A stretch of 55,646 nt of DNA, counting the filler, from Sphacelaria rigidula (lineage: Eukaryota), in the NCBI GenBank assembly GCA_964200075.2. It is 3 parts of 3 records of this genome, joined end to end, with 100 filler letters (N's around TTAATTAATTAA, not from the genome) between each part and the next. Parts side by side here need not be neighbours in the genome. Positions count along the whole stretch, not along the records: positions 37,169 to 55,646 come from CAXNAA020000852.1; 2 more parts are not named here. One strand, given 5' to 3'. Positions within the stretch are counted from its first letter, which is position 1. Every line of letters begins with the position of its first letter. Under the pieces are notes generated by a model, which had not been told where the DNA came from, did no database searches, and worked only from the letters and a program-made list of their open reading frames with translations. Shown here piece after piece: positions 51,101 to 55,646 of the stretch. The translations under genes were made by a program, and so were the position numbers.

Positions 51101-53656
51101 CGTAGAGAGGCCTCTCGATACATCGACGAAGCAGTACAGCGTTGATCATGTGTATGAATCGGGACCAATCTCGCGTGCTCTCAAAAGGCGCCTGTAGCGG
51201 AGTAATGCTTGATTCCTTTCGCTCTGCGAGGAACTTGAACCGTGTATGTGCACGCGTCTGAATTGACACCACAGTTTTCATGTCTTGTGCAACATCATGT
51301 CGATTGAAACATTCATATTTTGAGTACCTATCTCCCCGCGTGTCTGCGTGTTGAATCTGGGGATCCTTGTGTCAAATGACACTATCGTTCGAAATCAGGG
51401 CTTTACCCAACGGATGATCTAGAGGCTGCGAAGTGTGACGCCGTCATGGACTGCTGCACCGACCTGGCGGGCCATGCTCGCCCTTCGTTAATGGAGAAGG
51501 ATGAAGAGAAGAAGGTGCACCAGCAAACAGAATATTCATGGCCAGTGTGTGGAGACCCCTCCACCCCTCGACTCGAAGATATCGTGGAAAATTACAGCGT
51601 CTCCCATGCTCGTATTTTGTACCAAGGCACGCATGCTGCATGAACTGCGTCATGTCGTGTTTATAGTGGGGAATGGTGTACTTCATCATATCTGACGGAT
51701 CATCGTGCCTGTTGCCGCATGTTACCTCTCGCCGCCTCCCCACGATGGCCACGAGGCTGTTCTGTGGGACAGGAAGCCGTGACAGGTCCATGGCTGCAGT
51801 GACATTCGTCACCAGCAGGGCCAATATTGTGGAGGACACATGTCTTGGTGTTGCGGTGTTGGCATGGTTCGTGCATTTAACTACCCCTCGAAGCACCCTT
51901 TCCGAATATATATCTACATATCTATATATATATGCGAGGCTTGCTGCTTTCGACTTTGCTTTCTACATGGTCGATTTCACCGTTCAACCTCCTGTTGGAA
52001 ACCTGTGCAGCTGTCACGTGCCCAGTTTGACCGTGGAAGAAATGACGAACCCGGCTAAGCATTCGTTCTTGTTTCTCCCTCGTTTGTGAACGGGCGCGTC
52101 CTTTCACCATCCTATTATCTGTTTCAAGGCGGCGATGCGCAAGGAGCTCTCGGCCGGCTACCTGCCTCAGTGAGTGCGCTCTTAGTCGCGGCAGAAGAGC
52201 TTGTGCTGATCTAAGGGTCTCTTTTGAATCGCTGACCGCACCTCGAACTGAGGAGCGACCTGGTAGCCTAAAACCAGTTCTTTGGCTCACGTTTCGGAGA
52301 TTCTTTGTGGTGGTTTTGTCCTCGTGAAAATTCATGCAAATGCGTGCTTGAGGAGCGTAGTGGTATAATTGACCGCCAGGGTGCGGCTACTAACCGCGTG
52401 CTAGTGGCCCCTCATCTTGTTTGCCTGGATGACTGACCTTGTGGGTGGCTCTGGTTTTCATGTAGACCTTGGGAATATTTGATCAAAATGATGACGGTGG
52501 TACACGTGAAGGAGAAGATACTACACTACTAGGTGCTCAAACACGGGCAATCTAGATCCTACTTGACAGTCTGAACATTCCACGTCTGTCTGCAAGGACC
52601 GCCCCAAGTGACGCGATACGGTGCTCTGTGACGTCGCTATCTCAACTCGTGCATTTGTATGTCTTCCTCCATTGACCCACTTGGTTCTGGTTCCGGTAGG
52701 TGGTTGAGCAATATGTCCAAGCAGCTGGAGGAGAGTGGTGGGAAATACTTCGCGTCCGGAAAGGTGACACAAAAGCACACGTTGAAGTCTAGCCTGCCCT
52801 TGATTTTTCAACGCCTGTCGCGGAATACCCGTGATGATGAAATAATTCATCAGGGACGATTTGGGGTAGTTGAGGATTATTTCGGACCGTACATCTTGAG
52901 CATGGTTTGAAAAGCGTGGAAGCCACATCCCGTCAGCATCGAGTCCACTGCAGGGGCCACCCAAAGGAATGTTTTCTTGGTGGAAACTGCATCGCATAAT
53001 TGGGGTACCGAGAAAGGCGTGAGGCGTGCCTCACTCATGCCGGATGTCGGGACCACACGGCGTTGTCATTTACACCCATCTCCTGCGTGGGCAGCTGGGA
53101 CACAGCCGATTATTTCGCGACCATTTCGCTAAAAATCCAAGAGCTGGTTGAACGTGACTCGGCGAATTCTCACTCACCTGCACTGCGCAAACCCCATCGT
53201 TGGCATTATAGCCATGGAATTACAGCGCCAGAGTCGTCAGTGGGCGGGGTTGGGCCGGTTCGGGCACACGGCTGGGCGGAATATCAATCATCCGTTTCAG
53301 TCAACCTTGGCTACCCAGATTTTTTTCGTACATACACATCATCCCGAACATGACGGATCGGAATAACTGGAAATGAGCGATTAAATGCAGTCCATTCGTG
53401 GATGTTGATGTGTGTGCCTCCTCGTGAAACGTGATCCTTCATCATTTTCATTATGCGCTGTCTGGTGCTGTGCATCGTCCGTGGCTCGTAGCTGACCGTG
53501 GCAGACCTGGCGGTAGTGACAAGGCTCACCTTCATCACTAGCATGGACCACATCTCTCCAGACATCATCGCCCCCTACCCTGCGCTGGTGGCCCTCGTCA
53601 AGACTGTCACCGAAGAGCCCAAGATCGCCGCCTTCATCGCCAAGCACGCGAAGTAG
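45109..53656 (+). CDS. GST: Glutathione S-transferase, sigma-class-like, 7 exons, 203 aa
   Basis: Exons 45109-45145, 45480-45575, 51001-51093, 51399-51514, 52129-52169, 52700-52763 and 53492-53656 sum to 612 nt; all introns are GT-AG and join in frame. Translation: MAPMKLTYFDISGVAEPIRWALEIGGQEWEDVRLSREDFAAVKPTLPNGQVPVLNVDGYQLAQSLAILRFVGRKAGLYPTDDLEAAKCDAVMD...GKLTVADL...YPALVALVKTVTEEPKIAAFIAKHAK*. It has the catalytic Tyr8, GQVP, QS and the TxAD N-cap. Confidence 0.95.
45480..45575 (+). CDS. GST: GST exon 2
   Basis: Acceptor gacag, VAEPIRWALE...AVKP, donor gtgagt. Confidence 0.93.
47133..47625. mobile_element. Long palindromic (foldback) element in GST intron 2
   Basis: AGACCCACTTTTAT...ACGAGTCCCGATTTT versus AAAATCGGGACTCGT...ATAAAAGTGAGTCT. 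The arms pair to the centre, where an 18-bp perfect stem (47380-47397/47408-47425) closes a 10-nt loop. The left arm has a 48-bp tandem duplication. Confidence 0.9.
49821..50153. mobile_element. MITE with 21-bp TIR (Tc1/mariner-like CAGT end) in GST intron 2
   Basis: CGGTACCGGCCCGCTAGTAAG / CTTACTAGCGGGCCGGTACTG (20/21 match). It spans a short N gap. Confidence 0.75.
50403..50880. mobile_element. Second, truncated copy of the 36171-36711 MITE (inverted)
   Basis: TA|CGGTAGTGGGCGGTCTAAC. Its reverse complement is colinear with about 36240-36711. Confidence 0.7.
51001..51093 (+). CDS. GST: GST exon 3
   Basis: Pyrimidine tract plus cacag, LPNGQVPVL...QSLAILRFVG, donor gtgagg. Confidence 0.94.
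51399..51514 (+). CDS. GST: GST exon 4
   Basis: Acceptor atcag, LYPTDDLEAAKCD...EEKK, donor gtgcac. Confidence 0.9.
52129..52169 (+). CDS. GST: GST exon 5
   Basis: Acceptor ttcaag, AAMRKELSAGYLPQ, donor gtgagt. It is required to bridge phase 0 to phase 2. Confidence 0.82.
52700..52763 (+). CDS. GST: GST exon 6
   Basis: Acceptor ggtag, WLSNMSKQLEESGGKYFASGK, donor gtgaca. Confidence 0.9.
53492..53656 (+). CDS. GST: GST exon 7 (terminal)
   Basis: Acceptor cgtag, LTVADL...KHAK, TAG stop, strong GC3 bias. Confidence 0.93.
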   Translation: MTVADLAVVTRLTFITSMDHISPDIIAPYPALVALVKTVTEEPKIAAFIAKHAK

Positions 53657-55646
53657 AGCAGGGATATACTGTCGAGCACAGCGTCTGGGAAGTTTCTATT
53701 TACAACTCTAACCGGGGAGTTTTCCGGCTATGGCGTTTCTGAAGAAATTTCTCGACAACCGCGGCGGGCGAGTAAGATTCGTCCTGCGGTGTGCATGGTA
53801 GGGTGTAAACACTCAATAAGAAGGCGGTGTCATGCACCGTCGTCTACGGCGGGTCGTTGGCTTTCGTCTCCTGAACGCGTGGCGAGGTTTGGCGGGTCCG
53901 AGCGGGAAAAACAACCCTTGTAACGATGTGGGGTCGGGAAAGTTTCCGTGAAGTTGAAGTCGATACATGGTTACTTGGTGAGCCCTGCTCTGTAGGACCG
54001 GGTGTTACTTATGGGTGTTGCGTGTTGGGTGTGAGTGTTTCTCATTGTGTCATTGTGTCATGTGATATTTGTTGGCGATTATGTGTGCTAAAACTACCAC
54101 GTGTCAAAATGTACTTGTATGACGATTCTCCGATTTTTTCACGTGGATGTCGGAATTATGTGGAATTTTAGACGCAAGAGTGCGCGATTCGCTCGAGAGA
54201 AACTAGCTGTGACATTTAGCAAGCGTACAGTCACTTGCAGCAATGGGGTGTCGTGGGCAGGGATTGAGAAGGGTGTCGGAGAGCATAAACCACGAAAGTT
54301 CATCGATTCATTTCATCATGGAATCAACCGTCTTCAAGGGATGAGTCACGAAATAACCTCAAGCTAGGTTACATGACGTGGCTATTCATCGTCGAACCCG
54401 ACACGTAGCATGTGTGGGGTCGTTCCAAACCCACGATGCTTCTTGACCGAACGATGGCATACAGTTTGGCACGTTGATGACTACCCAAGAGCGCTAGCTA
54501 TAAAACAAGAGTGTTCTCTCGTACTACGGTACAGGCTCGTTCACTCATCACCCAGAGAACACTCATCGGCAAAGCCTCACGCCGTTTGAGTAGACGCTGA
54601 AATTTTGTACGAACGTTTGCAACTTTGAAAGAACGTTATTTCCATATTTCGTCGTTTTTCACCGTCTTTTGGGGGGTTCAAGTTTCGTGGAGATATCGAC
54701 CCAATCGGACCCCCGTAAAACGGTGACAAAAACAAGATGAGAAAAACGTGTTCCTTTCGAGTTGCTTGTCCCATGCCTAATACTGTGTGAGGTTTTCGAG
54801 TTTTTCCACCAAACTTTGTACATGAGTTCCTTGGACTTCCGGGACGCATCATTTCATTATTTTTCTCTTGTGGCATCTTTTACCCAGTAGAGCTGAGGAT
54901 TTGTACGTGAATAATGGTTGGTACTCGATTTTATATTTTATTTCAGACTAAACAAAATTGTGGGGAAATTCATGGTCTGGGACAGGTGAGCAGTGGACCC
55001 AGTTCGTCCACAACGTGTGTTGGACCAAAATCGGCTGGAGGGCATCGATTTGAGCTCTGACAACGAACACGTTGCCTTAAACACCCGGCACCCCCTTGAC
55101 CGAGGGTTCTCGGTATGCCTTGGTCAGGGTTAGGGCCAGCGTTATAGGGTCGACGACATTTCCATAGTACCAACCACTGCTGACGTGCAAATGCTCAGGC
55201 CGCCTCTCCGTATCGCCTTCCGGGTTTTCATCCTGGGACCCCCCGAAGCCGGTAAAGGTAGAGAACGGAAAAAACATGATCTGTTGCCAAGAATACAATT
55301 TTTCCGTTTTGAGCATCAATTCCTACGGAACTGCCGAGTTTGAGGGAGACCTGAGCTTTTCTGCTACAGATATAGGGGACACCGTCACGAGGCTCCCTTG
55401 GTCTTTCGTGCGTATCAGTGGAAATTAGACAACACCCGACATGACCAAAATATCGGCTCCGGGTATAATTCGACCCTCGTACAGGCTGGTTCACGGTCAT
55501 CACCAAAAATTGTGGCCTTCCGCATTACGCACCCAAAAGTCGCGTATATGGTATCATACTGACAGCAAAGCGATGGAAAGGGCAACATAGCCGGTCAATC
55601 AGTGAATGAACCATTTCAGTTCCGAAATGCACTTCCATGAGGCCCA

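Noticed and set aside
14075..53656. Sulfotransferase plus GST as a phase-II detoxification cluster
   Set aside because: They are 27 kb apart across two artificial joins, and the sulfotransferase is of the carbohydrate type.

Overview
Eukaryotic, intron-rich and transposon-dense genomic DNA with GT-AG introns up to 5.4 kb. A brown alga (Phaeophyceae) is my best guess from gene structure and repeat landscape; this is inference, not proven. Two host genes can be rebuilt by hand: a complete 7-exon sigma-class glutathione S-transferase (+, 45109-53656, 203 aa) and the last four exons of a PAPS-dependent sulfotransferase of the heparan-sulfate 3-O/N-sulfotransferase type (-, 14075-18300; 5' part not found, upstream of an artificial scaffold join). 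Most of the rest is mobile-element debris: a decayed Ngaro-type tyrosine-recombinase retrotransposon (37.3-42.5 kb) carrying a nested tandem-repeat array, a Gypsy gag-protease remnant, a LINE fragment, a hAT transposase remnant, three copies of a tRNA-derived SINE, and many MITE families. The MITEs include three near-fully palindromic elements, TA- and TTAA-type elements, and one with a 4-bp TSD. The most speculative lead is a possible KDZ (Kyakuja-Dileera-Zisupton) transposase relic next to a SAP-domain ORF at 0.9-5.3 kb. I found no intact, clearly novel multi-gene system. Most entries in the supplied ORF track are spurious.
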